This document shows positions 43,110-51,884 of a stretch of DNA of 64,000 nt, piece after piece. The DNA lies in IMG/VR virus record IMGVR_UViG_3300045391_005020; one strand, 5' to 3'. Both the position numbers and the translations under genes were made by a program. Origin of the DNA: a virus (lineage: Duplodnaviria > Caudoviricetes). How positions within the stretch are numbered: position 1 is the first letter of the stretch; each line of letters begins with the position of its first letter. The notes under the pieces were generated by a model. The model was given only the letters and a program-made list of their open reading frames with translations. It was not told the origin of the DNA and did no database searches.

Positions 43110-44068
43110 GTCCACTCCGTACAATCTAGGGAACACTGTCCGAACGTGGTGAGCTGTCGTCCCTGCGGGGTCCGGATGATGTATCCGGCTCGCAGCAGGA
43201 AGGGCTCGTACACGTCCTCGACGGTTTCGGTTTCTTCGTCCAGACAGGCCGCCAGGGTTGAAAGCCCAGCAGTCTTGTTGGGGGACTTGTCGAGGCGTTC
43301 GAGCAACTGGACTTCCGGTTTCGTCAAACCGTTCATCCCGTACCCGAGGCGTTTCATGGTCGCCTTTACGACATCCTTGGTCACGATGGTTTCGCCGTTG
43401 AAGTTGTCGTCGCCGGCGAGCGTCTCGACGCAGGCGTCGATGAGTCGCACAGCGTGACGGGCGGTGCCGTGGCAGGCGATGACCAGCCACTCGGCCGCGC
43501 CCTCACCCATGCCGCTAACCCCGACCGCCTTCGCGATCCAGACCAGGACTTCCGCCATCTCCGCATCGGTATAGAGGTCGAGCCGCACGGTGTGCTTGAA
43601 GCGATCGCGCATCGGCTCCGGAATCAGACCCTCGCGGGTCGTCGCCCCGATGATGGTGAACTTCGGCAGATCGATCTTCATGACCTGCCGGTTGGCGTCG
43701 TCGCCGATCACCACATTCAGGAACGAATCTTCCATGATGGTGTACAGGTTTTCGCACAACTGCTTGGGCATCGAGTGGATCTCGTCCAAGAACAGCACCG
43801 AGCCTTCCGGCATGGTGGTGATCGTTGGCAGGAGGTCCTGCGGCGTTTCGAGCGAACTACAGTTCACTTGCTTGACGACGGTCGTTCCGAGTTCATTCGG
43901 GATCACACCGGCGCCCAACGTGGTCTTGCCCACTCCCGGAGGACCGACGAGCAAGATGTGACCGAGCGGACGCTTCAGATTCTTGGCTGCCCGTACCGCT
44001 ACCCCGAGCTGCTGCACCGCCGCCTTCTGGCCGTGGAAGCTCTCGAATGACAGGGGTCTGACAGTCAT
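43106..44068 (-). CDS. ruvB: Holliday junction branch-migration ATPase RuvB
   Basis: RP..F..GQ, GPPGVGKTT, LFLDEIH, MED, FTIIGATTR.G, RDRF, VYEPFL...RTPQGR. Confidence 0.95.
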   Translation of the reverse strand: MTVRPLSFESFHGQKAAVQQLGVAVRAAKNLKRPLGHILLVGPPGVGKTTLGAGVIPNELGTTVVKQVNCSSLETPQDLLPTITTMPEGSVLFLDEIHSMPKQLCENLYTIMEDSFLNVVIGDDANRQVMKIDLPKFTIIGATTREGLIPEPMRDRFKHTVRLDLYTDAEMAEVLVWIAKAVGVSGMGEGAAEWLVIACHGTARHAVRLIDACVETLAGDDNFNGETIVTKDVVKATMKRLGYGMNGLTKPEVQLLERLDKSPNKTAGLSTLAACLDEETETVEDVYEPFLLRAGYIIRTPQGRQLTTFGQCSLDCTEWT

Positions 44069-44337
44069 GTTTGCTCACCAGGCCGACGGTTCCACAGCTT
44101 GAGAAGCTCGCCGTACAGTTCGTTTGGCGCTGACTCTGAAAATGAAGATGCTGTGACTGAAGCTACAGTTGAGCCGCGGTGGTACCGCACAAAGGGCTCC
44201 GCGCCGCAGTCGCGACACATCACCGAAAGCTTGTATCCGGTGTCGTCAGCGTCGTCGTAAAATTCTACGTCGTCGCTTTCGCAAAATGGGCAGGGAAGTA
44301 ATTCGGCCTCCAGCGGATGCCGATCGAAAATAGACAT
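44065..44337 (-). CDS. Lar-like restriction-alleviation Zn-ribbon protein
   Basis: LLPCPFC...CRDCGA...WNRR. Confidence 0.7.
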   Translation of the reverse strand: MSIFDRHPLEAELLPCPFCESDDVEFYDDADDTGYKLSVMCRDCGAEPFVRYHRGSTVASVTASSFSESAPNELYGELLKLWNRRPGEQT

Positions 44338-44338
44338 C

Positions 44339-44863
44339 TCAAGGCCTCGCTTCCAAAAGGGTGATGATCGTTCCGGCTTCTCCGTCCGGAACTTTGGACT
44401 GACGGTACTCGACCGTCAGGTACTTGGGGGCGTCATCATAAATGACTCCGAGGTTGACCAGGGCATCGATCAGGTGCTTGCAGCCACCGACCAAATTTCC
44501 GTAGTCGAACTCGCGGCGTCGGCCGGCGAACTTCCGTTCGATCAACCAGCTAGACCACTCCAGCTTTCGACTATTGAGCCCGGCGGCGCCGACGAGCGGC
44601 GTCAACAGGCAGGTCCACTCCTTGACCTCACGATTCTTGATCGCCCAGTGGCGACCGAGGTTTCCGTTCTGGGATGTGAGTTCGCGTTTCAGGTCAAAGC
44701 TGATCGGTAAGACCGGCATGGCCCGAATGTCGGACCCGGTTTCTTCGGCTTCCGGTTTTGGCTTCTTAACCTTGCCCCGCGAGCACTTGCTCACGTGCTG
44801 GGTCAACTTCTGAAAATCGCCCTCGAGCAGTCGAGAGCAGATCGGACAGATGGCACGACCCAT
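44339..44863 (-). CDS. RusA-like Holliday junction resolvase with N-terminal Zn finger
   Basis: SQN..HW, RREFDYGNL...K.LIDAL...GVIYDD; CPIC..H..C. Confidence 0.75.
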   Translation of the reverse strand: MGRAICPICSRLLEGDFQKLTQHVSKCSRGKVKKPKPEAEETGSDIRAMPVLPISFDLKRELTSQNGNLGRHWAIKNREVKEWTCLLTPLVGAAGLNSRKLEWSSWLIERKFAGRRREFDYGNLVGGCKHLIDALVNLGVIYDDAPKYLTVEYRQSKVPDGEAGTIITLLEARP

Positions 44864-44865
44864 CG

Positions 44866-45285
44866 TTAACCTCGGGTGATCGCGAGCGCCTGATCCAAAC
44901 TGAAGACAGTGGAAACGAGCGGAGGCGGGGATCGCCAATCCGGATCGAGCGGTTGCAAGTCACCGACTTGGCAGACCAGGAGGGGGCCGGCGCCGTTCAT
45001 AACCGCCATGTCACGGCCGTCGAAGATGACCACTTGCCCGCCGGCGATCGGCGACGCCTTGAACGTCCTGAGTGCCTTGGTGACCGCGTGACGCGGCACA
45101 TCGCACTTAATCATCATGACACCCAAGAACGCCAGTGCGAGACTGGCAGGATCCTTGGGGTCTGCTTCCAAGACGAGCAGCCAGGAGCGCAACTCGTCGA
45201 CTTGATCGAGCAGTCCAGTCCTGGCCAACAGGCTCAGGACTGGGTCGTCGTTACAGGGTGCGGGTGAACTTGAAGTCGCGTTCAT
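44866..45285 (-). CDS. hypothetical protein
   Basis: Fills gap; start uncertain. Confidence 0.5.
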   Translation of the reverse strand: MNATSSSPAPCNDDPVLSLLARTGLLDQVDELRSWLLVLEADPKDPASLALAFLGVMMIKCDVPRHAVTKALRTFKASPIAGGQVVIFDGRDMAVMNGAGPLLVCQVGDLQPLDPDWRSPPPLVSTVFSLDQALAITRG

Positions 45286-45553
45286 ACGCCACCGCGACGC
45301 GGTCATCGCCTTCACCCTTGGTGACGGCGCGGTAACCGCTGACTTCGCTGATGCCGTAGCCGGACAGGCCAAACTCGCCGGCGCGCTTGTAGATCTCGTC
45401 CTTCATCGAACGACGCATGATGGTGCTGATGGCCTTGTCGGCCGGAACAGCTTCCGTGACGTCGACCTTGACGGTCACGACGGCCGGGTTCCCATCGCGG
45501 GTAACTTCAGCGTCGTAGTCGTACTTGGGCGCGGGCTTGCTGGACTTGGTCAT
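45251..45553 (-). CDS. hypothetical protein (MTKSSKPAPKY...)
   Basis: AAGGA RBS; promoter upstream. Confidence 0.7.
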   Translation of the reverse strand: MTKSSKPAPKYDYDAEVTRDGNPAVVTVKVDVTEAVPADKAISTIMRRSMKDEIYKRAGEFGLSGYGISEVSGYRAVTKGEGDDRVAVAYERDFKFTRTL

Positions 45554-45589
45554 AGACACGATTCCTTGACTGGTGGTGAAGCAGGCCAA

Positions 45590-45633
45590 TTTGTAACACC
45601 ACCGGCCAAGTAAACAAGTCAATTGTCTTGAAT
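45590..45633 (-). promoter_or_regulatory. promoter element variant
   Basis: TCAAGACAATTGAC-TTGTTT-N16-TACAAA. Confidence 0.55.
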
Positions 45634-46197
45634 CGGGATCCCGGCCCCCACCAGGAAGCGGGATACCCCAGCAGTCGAGAAGCAGTCCTCGAGGGCACCG
45701 TGGCGGTCCACCTGGCGGTAACCTGCCGTCTTGCAGGCGCTTTCGAGCTTCAGGGTGCCCTGGACGATCTCGATATGGTTGGCCACGCAGTAACGCTTGT
45801 ACCATTCCATAACGCAGCGCCATTCCTTCACCTTGGCCGCCAGCTCGGGGAAGTGGACTTCGGTCCACTTCTTATCGAATTTGACGTTGTACCCGTACAT
45901 GGTCAGGCCCTGGTAGGGCTCGAAGACCTGATAGACCTGCCGCTGTGCTTCGGCGAGCTCGATGGCCCCGCGTTCCGCCCAGCGCTCCTCGGTATAGCCG
46001 TTGATCATGGCCGCCATCTGTTCAATCACCATGCCCGGCTGAGGCAGGATGCAGATCGAGTCGCCGGCGATGATCTCGAATGCGGGATTCAAGAACCCCC
46101 ATCCGAACTCCAAAATCGGGTTCTTCTTGGTACTGAAGCCCCCCGACTCGATGTCGAGCATGACATCGAGTGTGTCGTGGATGACTGATTGGATCAT
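45619..46197 (-). CDS. DEDDh 3'-5' exonuclease (DnaQ-like)
   Basis: LDIESGG, GYNVKFD, HGALEDC. Confidence 0.9.
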   Translation of the reverse strand: MIQSVIHDTLDVMLDIESGGFSTKKNPILEFGWGFLNPAFEIIAGDSICILPQPGMVIEQMAAMINGYTEERWAERGAIELAEAQRQVYQVFEPYQGLTMYGYNVKFDKKWTEVHFPELAAKVKEWRCVMEWYKRYCVANHIEIVQGTLKLESACKTAGYRQVDRHGALEDCFSTAGVSRFLVGAGIPIQDN

Positions 46198-46847
46198 TGG
46201 GTATCTGGTTCCGTGGTAGCCATGAAGGTTTCGCCTTCACGGAATTGCCATTCCTTGACCGGCACGTCCGCTGGGCCGCGCCGCTTCTCGATGATCATGC
46301 GGCCGTCCTGGAGGGCGAGTTGGACCTCGACCCATACCATGTCGCCGTTCAGGACCTTGAGGACGCGATCGCAGCAGATCTTGCGCTGATTCAGGTAGTC
46401 GTCGAGGTGCGCCTCGAACGTGATATTCCACATCGCCTCGAACTCCGGCAAAGTCTTGACCCCGCGGATCGTGGTGACGTACCAGACGCCCGCCTCGGTC
46501 AGCATGATCTCATCGACCAGGTAGCTGTTGATGCGGGACCGGAAGCAGATCTTGGCGTTCGTGAGATCCCAGGTGCCGGTCAAAGTTCCAACCGAGGCCC
46601 ACGCGATGCAGGCCTTGGCCCACAGGGTGGAATACGGTTCGCCCGCAGTCGTGCAGGCCTGTTCGAATCGATCTTTGTCTGCTTGGCTGAGGCGCTCGTG
46701 GATGCTCGATATATGGGTCGGGCTCAGGGGCTCGTCGTCATAGAACATCGCCGCCAGGAATTCTGGCGACATGGTCTGTGGTAGGGTCAGCGGGCCGTCC
46801 TCAGAGTCGAGAACCAGCCGGCCGTCCTGCAGTCTGATCATTGTCAT
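46194..46847 (-). CDS. hypothetical protein
   Basis: 217 aa; ATGA overlap. Confidence 0.7.
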   Translation of the reverse strand: MTMIRLQDGRLVLDSEDGPLTLPQTMSPEFLAAMFYDDEPLSPTHISSIHERLSQADKDRFEQACTTAGEPYSTLWAKACIAWASVGTLTGTWDLTNAKICFRSRINSYLVDEIMLTEAGVWYVTTIRGVKTLPEFEAMWNITFEAHLDDYLNQRKICCDRVLKVLNGDMVWVEVQLALQDGRMIIEKRRGPADVPVKEWQFREGETFMATTEPDTQ

Positions 46848-46857
46848 GAAAACCTTT

Positions 46858-47349
46858 TTAGTCGTCGTCGTAATCGGGGAAGTCCTCAGATGAGGCTTCC
46901 GGATCGCCCATGTACTCGGTCTCCCGGTCGCGCTTGAACGAGTTCCACCCGGCTTCCCTCTTCTTGGAGGTCTGGCCGTACCGGAGGCAGAAGCGCACCG
47001 CTTCCAGCTCCTCGAGGGTGGACCGCATGCGGTCGAGAACCGTCAGCGCCTCGTTCAAAACGAGGTTCAGACGGCCGATCTCTTGGACTTGCAGTTCGGT
47101 TGTTTCAGGGGTCTGTGCTGAGAGGCGCAGGCGATCAAGCTTGTACTTGGCCTGCAAAAGCAACGGATGTGACGGCAGACGCTTCAGGAGGCGCAGCGCA
47201 TCGACGGCAACGCCCGTCAGGCGCGCGATCTCTCCTGGAAGCCGGTCCACCGCCATGTCGACGTGCCGCACGGAAACCCCGTGAGCCTCGTACAAGATGG
47301 GAACCATCTTCTTTTTCTTCTTGGATTCGGAGCGGCGTCGTCGTGCCAT
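46858..47349 (-). CDS. hypothetical coiled-coil protein
   Basis: Basic N-terminus, acidic C-terminus; TAATG overlap. Confidence 0.65.
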   Translation of the reverse strand: MARRRRSESKKKKKMVPILYEAHGVSVRHVDMAVDRLPGEIARLTGVAVDALRLLKRLPSHPLLLQAKYKLDRLRLSAQTPETTELQVQEIGRLNLVLNEALTVLDRMRSTLEELEAVRFCLRYGQTSKKREAGWNSFKRDRETEYMGDPEASSEDFPDYDDD

Positions 47350-47687
47350 TAACGATCCAGCACAATCCGGTCAGCGACCGGCTTGCCCTTGATGTTCAGC
47401 TCAACCACGTTGGTCGCTTCGACCTGAACTCGGTGTCCTACGAAAACAGCCAAGACGTTCTCTCCTCGCACCAAATTGGCGAGCTCGTGGAGACCGTCTT
47501 CGTTGTTCTCGTATTGCGAGATCAGCGGAAGGCCGCCGCGGCGCGGGACCGACACTGCGTACAGCATCGCCGGCGCTTCGGGGGCTTTTGGAGTTTCGAT
47601 TTCGATCGGGCCTTCGTCCGTGGTGCCAACGCGCAGCGTTGGTTCGCGCACGACGGCGTGATGGAAACCGAACAGTTTCTTAGTCAT
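47349..47687 (-). CDS. hypothetical protein (MTKKLFG...)
   Basis: GGGAG RBS. Confidence 0.6.
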   Translation of the reverse strand: MTKKLFGFHHAVVREPTLRVGTTDEGPIEIETPKAPEAPAMLYAVSVPRRGGLPLISQYENNEDGLHELANLVRGENVLAVFVGHRVQVEATNVVELNIKGKPVADRIVLDR

Positions 47688-48288
47688 CGGAAACGACTCC
47701 CAAGATCGGATCCGCCAGCATGAGTCCAGGTTCACGCAGAAGCGCGATCCGTCGCTTGGTGGTCAAGTTGTGAGGGAGCGCGTACCAGATGTTCACGCCG
47801 CGTCGCTCGCCCGACACCATCGGGTCGCCCGAGCGGATGTCCTGGAACGTGCAGCACCACTGGTCGCCAGTATCGATGCGGTTGAACTGGTAACTCGAGA
47901 CGAACTCCCGGAACGCGGCCCCGTGCCGTGGCGGTATGCCTTGCACGATGCCGGACCACGGATTGCCAACCAGGTTCACGCCCGGGATCTGCATGATCGG
48001 ATGATCCGCCTGATGGGTCTGGATCGGCATCGACAGATTGCCCGCGGCCTGGAAGACCTCGAACAAGCTGCGGTCGATCTTGATCAGGCAGTAGGCCAGA
48101 CCCAGGCAGTACCACTGGAGATCTGGATCGAGTCCGGTCGCGGGCGTGATGGATTCGAAGCGTTTTTCCGCGTCGATCGTGGTGTGGTGGACGGGTTCGC
48201 CTGCCGGCGCCGACGTGACCTGCTTGGCGCGTTCAAGCGCTCCGGCTTCGATCGTGTGCGGTATGGTCTCGGGGAACCCGTCTGGCAT
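47680..48288 (-). CDS. hypothetical protein, probably leaderless
   Basis: ATG 8 nt after CATAAC box. Confidence 0.7.
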   Translation of the reverse strand: MPDGFPETIPHTIEAGALERAKQVTSAPAGEPVHHTTIDAEKRFESITPATGLDPDLQWYCLGLAYCLIKIDRSLFEVFQAAGNLSMPIQTHQADHPIMQIPGVNLVGNPWSGIVQGIPPRHGAAFREFVSSYQFNRIDTGDQWCCTFQDIRSGDPMVSGERRGVNIWYALPHNLTTKRRIALLREPGLMLADPILGVVSDD

Positions 48289-48296
48289 GCCCCCTG

Positions 48297-48339
48297 GTTA
48301 TGGCACGTGATGTGCTATAAGCAAGTCTATTGTTACGAT
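48297..48339 (-). promoter_or_regulatory. conserved promoter element
   Basis: ATCGTAACAATAGAC-TTGCTT-N16-CATAAC. Confidence 0.7.
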
Positions 48340-49145
48340 CTAGGCCGGCATGAAGCCGGGCACTCGGTCGAGCGCTTGGGGCAATCCCAGCAGTAATGGG
48401 TGAACCCGTACGGGCATTCGACTCTTCCGGTCTCGGAATTATTGTCCCGATGTTCGTAGTCCAACCGGGTCCTGAGCTTGATTACCGAGAGGTTGTGTTT
48501 CCGGAAAGCGGGACTGATCTCCCAGCGCTCGAACGAAATCTCCGGTGAGGTTTCGTCGGGCTGGAGGTAACCCCAGATCCGGAGTCCGATGAAATGCTTG
48601 GGCTCTTCGTCGTACTGGATCCGGCGGCTGAACCCGATCTGGTACGCGAACCCGCGCAGCCAAGATTCCGGGAAGTTGCGGGTAACGGTGTGGCCAGCCG
48701 GATGTCCGGACAGCACGAAGAACGTCATGAGACAACCGCGCTTCTCGCCGCGCCACACGGATGGTTGAACGTCCACGATCTCGACCGCGATCCACTCCTG
48801 CCGGAGCGGCCTGGTGTACTGGACCAACATGCCGCGGTGCAGTTCGTCCAAGCGGGCGCTGATCTGCCACGACAAGATCTTGTTCAGGTAGGGACTGAAC
48901 TCCTGACCGTTGTACTGCTCGAAGGTCTTGGCGAGCGAACTGGTAACCGATTCCTGATCGACCAGGTTCTGGTCACCCAACACGGTCGCTGCCCTCACGG
49001 ACAACGCCTTCGCGAGTTCGCTCGTCATGACCGAGCCGATGTAGCGGCGCAGCTCGCGCTGGAGTTCTTGCGCCAGGTCAGTCACCTTGGTGAGCTTGCC
49101 GCGCGGCAGCGCCGGCAGCTCAACCTCGGTGCCCTGTTCAGACAT
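48333..49145 (-). CDS. hypothetical protein with C-terminal Cys cluster
   Basis: CPYGFTHYCWDC...CPASC. Confidence 0.75.
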   Translation of the reverse strand: MSEQGTEVELPALPRGKLTKVTDLAQELQRELRRYIGSVMTSELAKALSVRAATVLGDQNLVDQESVTSSLAKTFEQYNGQEFSPYLNKILSWQISARLDELHRGMLVQYTRPLRQEWIAVEIVDVQPSVWRGEKRGCLMTFFVLSGHPAGHTVTRNFPESWLRGFAYQIGFSRRIQYDEEPKHFIGLRIWGYLQPDETSPEISFERWEISPAFRKHNLSVIKLRTRLDYEHRDNNSETGRVECPYGFTHYCWDCPKRSTECPASCRPRS

Positions 49146-50010
49146 CTTTGCGGGCTTTGGACATTTCCTTGATCAGCTTCTGGAGCGGTTCCAGCAGCTG
49201 TTCGGCGGTCCCGAGCGCGCCCTCGAACGCTTCCTTGTAGTTCTTCTGTGCCCGGTCGGAATCGAACCCGACCTTGGTGCCTTCGTAGGCCGCGATGATC
49301 GCGTCCCCGATCGCGCTGATGGTGGCGATCGCATGTTTGTCGAACTTCTTGAAAGCTTGGAGGGGACTGACCGAGAACTCCTTGGCCTTGGCCGAGCGGT
49401 GCTCGCCTTTCGACGGAGTCTTGAGCGCTTCGGTGTCGTCTTCGGACTGGTAGACGGTTTCGCCCTTGGTCTTGGCTTTGTCGACGTCCTGGATGGTCTT
49501 CTTGGCGCCAGCGACCGCCGCGTCCTTCTGGACTTCGTCGATCACTTCCTTGAGTTCACGCACCGGAATCACGGTGCCGTCGCCGCGGACCAGCTGGCGC
49601 GAGACCTTGGCCTCGACCGCCGCATCCTTGAGGGGCAGCATCAGCTTCAGGTGGTTCACCTTGACGCCGCGCTCGATCAGGGTGCCGATCGATTCGAACT
49701 GGTACTTCTCGCGGATCTGCTTCGCCGTGTAGAGCGTCGAAACCGCGATGTCGATGGGGATCGGTTGATTCGACAGATCGGCGATGAAGTGCTGGATGGT
49801 ACGGTTGCCCATCTCGTTGTTCTGCTGGCTCTGGACGAACTTCAGGTACAGATCGCCCATCTGCCAGTACCAGCTCATGGTCGACTTCTCGTACTCCTGG
49901 GTCAGCTTGGTGGCTTCCTCGAGGTAGTTCTGATAAATCGTGTCGTCGACCGCGTCTTTGACCACGACGGTCTTGCTGATCGCGCGAGTGCTGGGCTTGG
50001 ACTTAGTCAT
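49138..50010 (-). CDS. protein with YhcG/DUF1016-N-like helical N-terminal domain
   Basis: WYWQMG...IQHFIADLS...STLY..KQ..EKY resembles DUF1016_N. Confidence 0.5.
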   Translation of the reverse strand: MTKSKPSTRAISKTVVVKDAVDDTIYQNYLEEATKLTQEYEKSTMSWYWQMGDLYLKFVQSQQNNEMGNRTIQHFIADLSNQPIPIDIAVSTLYTAKQIREKYQFESIGTLIERGVKVNHLKLMLPLKDAAVEAKVSRQLVRGDGTVIPVRELKEVIDEVQKDAAVAGAKKTIQDVDKAKTKGETVYQSEDDTEALKTPSKGEHRSAKAKEFSVSPLQAFKKFDKHAIATISAIGDAIIAAYEGTKVGFDSDRAQKNYKEAFEGALGTAEQLLEPLQKLIKEMSKARKDV

Positions 50011-50479
50011 CGGATGGTCTCCATCGTTTTTGAAAGAAGGCAGTGAAGGGGAGGACGCTATAGGTCAGGTCGTCGGTGACGACGCGTATGCAGGTGTCGT
50101 AGTCGACCGGACACGTGGTCGCGACCCACCGGCCGCGGTCCGCGACCCGGAACACCAGACAGCACGGCACTCCGGCCGATGCTGAGAACTCGCTGAACGC
50201 TTTGGTGATCGGATGCGAGGCGGGCTTGGTCAACAACTCGTCGAAGTTAAATCGGAAGATGCGGGTGCTCCCTACGCGGGTAACGCCGGTGAGGTTCAGA
50301 TCGTTGAACCAGTCCCAACCAAAGTTCGGTCCGATCTCCTCGCGGGTGCGCGCGACCTGGCCGGATGTCCAGCCGATCTGCAGCAGCACGAGCCGTAGAG
50401 TCGACTCCTCGAAGCACTCGATCTTCTCATCCTCGGACTTGGGTCCGAAGATGAGCTCATCGTAATCGGGTTCAGACAC
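50003..50479 (-). CDS. hypothetical protein
   Basis: GTG right after recA-like stop. Confidence 0.65.
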   Translation of the reverse strand: MSEPDYDELIFGPKSEDEKIECFEESTLRLVLLQIGWTSGQVARTREEIGPNFGWDWFNDLNLTGVTRVGSTRIFRFNFDELLTKPASHPITKAFSEFSASAGVPCCLVFRVADRGRWVATTCPVDYDTCIRVVTDDLTYSVLPFTAFFQKRWRPSDD

Positions 50480-50480
50480 G

Positions 50481-51740
50481 TTACTTCTTGGCCTTGGCGG
50501 GCTCAATGTCCACATCTTGGACGTTGTTATATTTGCGAATGTTCAGAAAGCGAGCAACCTTCTCCCGGACCTCCGGGTTGGCCTCGATGGCGTTCCCGAA
50601 TTCGCTGAAAGTGGCATCTACGAGCCCCAGGGCCTCGCATTTGATGCGTTTGCTGCCCTTGCCTTCGACGAAATACAGGATCGAGTCCAGACGTTCCTTG
50701 TCGCCGGCGTAGAGCTTGTTGGCGCCCTTGTCGTCGTACTTCATGCCCCACAGCAGTTCCCCGAGGGCGCCGCCCCAGTCGTATTTCATCAGCTGACGAG
50801 TGGAGCCGTCTTCCTGGGGCACATACTGCCACAGGACGTCGACCTTGATCTTGCGCTTGTCGGGACCGAGGCAGCTCATGTTGGATTCCATGTAGAGCGT
50901 ATTGCCTTCGGTGGTGAGGTTCGGGTATGGCATCGACGGATGCGATGCGAACTGGACTCCTTGGCCCTTCGAAATCCGGATGCTGAGGCTGGCTTTGAAG
51001 CCTGCCGCGGCGCCGCCGGTTTCCTTCATCTGCGGAGCCATGCCGGGCTTCGCCGCGCCGTCGATCGATTGCTTGAGGTGACGCACGTATCCGACCGACA
51101 TCAGAGTGCCGGTCAGCTGCATGGTCTCGAGGTAGCGCGTAATCTGCGCAGCGCGAGTCGGGAAGCCGCGAGCCTCCGCGTGACCTTCGTCCGCGACTGC
51201 TTCCTGTTCCGAAGCGCTGGCTTTGCCCGTGAGTGAGTCGATCGTCAAAAACACCGGAACGCGCTTGCCTTTCTGGCCGGTCCCGAGTTTGTCTTTCGCG
51301 TACGATATCGCCGCGGTCGTGACATCCTGCCACTCCTCGGTCGATTCGGTTTCCTTGAACAGGATCATCTTCTGCTGTTCGGGAGTCAGACGCCACTGCG
51401 TCATGGCGTCGAGCATCGACGCAGACGTCTTCGATTCATTGTCGATCGGGATGAACAAACCGCCCTGCTGGGCGAACCAGGTTCCGATCTCGATGATCAG
51501 GGTCGACTTCATCGACTTGGGCAATCCGCTGACGCTCAGGTAGCGCTGACACGGGAACACGCTCGATCCGCCGATCATCCACTGGAAGGCCAAGCTCGGG
51601 ATCTCGATCCCCCAGGTATGCTCGGCGTGGTCGCCGAGCTGGTACGCCTTAGTCGAGGTGCAGGCTTCGTTGAGCGCTGCGAGGGCCTCGGCCGCGATTC
51701 CTGATGGACCTTCTTGATCGGTGGATTGCTTCTTGGCCAT
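50481..51740 (-). CDS. RecA/UvsX-like recombinase
   Basis: SLAFQW.IGG, GLPKSMKST, IDNE, TIDSL, ETGG.A..F.ASL.IRI. Confidence 0.85.
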   Translation of the reverse strand: MAKKQSTDQEGPSGIAAEALAALNEACTSTKAYQLGDHAEHTWGIEIPSLAFQWMIGGSSVFPCQRYLSVSGLPKSMKSTLIIEIGTWFAQQGGLFIPIDNESKTSASMLDAMTQWRLTPEQQKMILFKETESTEEWQDVTTAAISYAKDKLGTGQKGKRVPVFLTIDSLTGKASASEQEAVADEGHAEARGFPTRAAQITRYLETMQLTGTLMSVGYVRHLKQSIDGAAKPGMAPQMKETGGAAAGFKASLSIRISKGQGVQFASHPSMPYPNLTTEGNTLYMESNMSCLGPDKRKIKVDVLWQYVPQEDGSTRQLMKYDWGGALGELLWGMKYDDKGANKLYAGDKERLDSILYFVEGKGSKRIKCEALGLVDATFSEFGNAIEANPEVREKVARFLNIRKYNNVQDVDIEPAKAKK

Positions 51741-51759
51741 GCGGGCTCCTGGGCGCTCA

Positions 51760-51801
51760 ATCATGCAGAAAATACTGTCTAGTCAAACGTATTGTCATGA
51801 T
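51760..51801 (-). promoter_or_regulatory. conserved promoter element
   Basis: ATCATGACAATACGT-TTGACT-N15-CATGAT. Confidence 0.8.
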
Positions 51802-51815
51802 CTTGGCCGACATCA

Positions 51816-51857
51816 TAAACAAATGGGGCACCCCTATTTTTCTTCGGGGTGCCCCAT
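51816..51857 (-). terminator. intrinsic terminator
   Basis: ATGGGGCACCCC-N11-GGGGTGCCCCAT-TTGTTT. Confidence 0.8.
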
Positions 51858-51884
51858 CCAGATCACCTATCTGGTCCTATCCAG

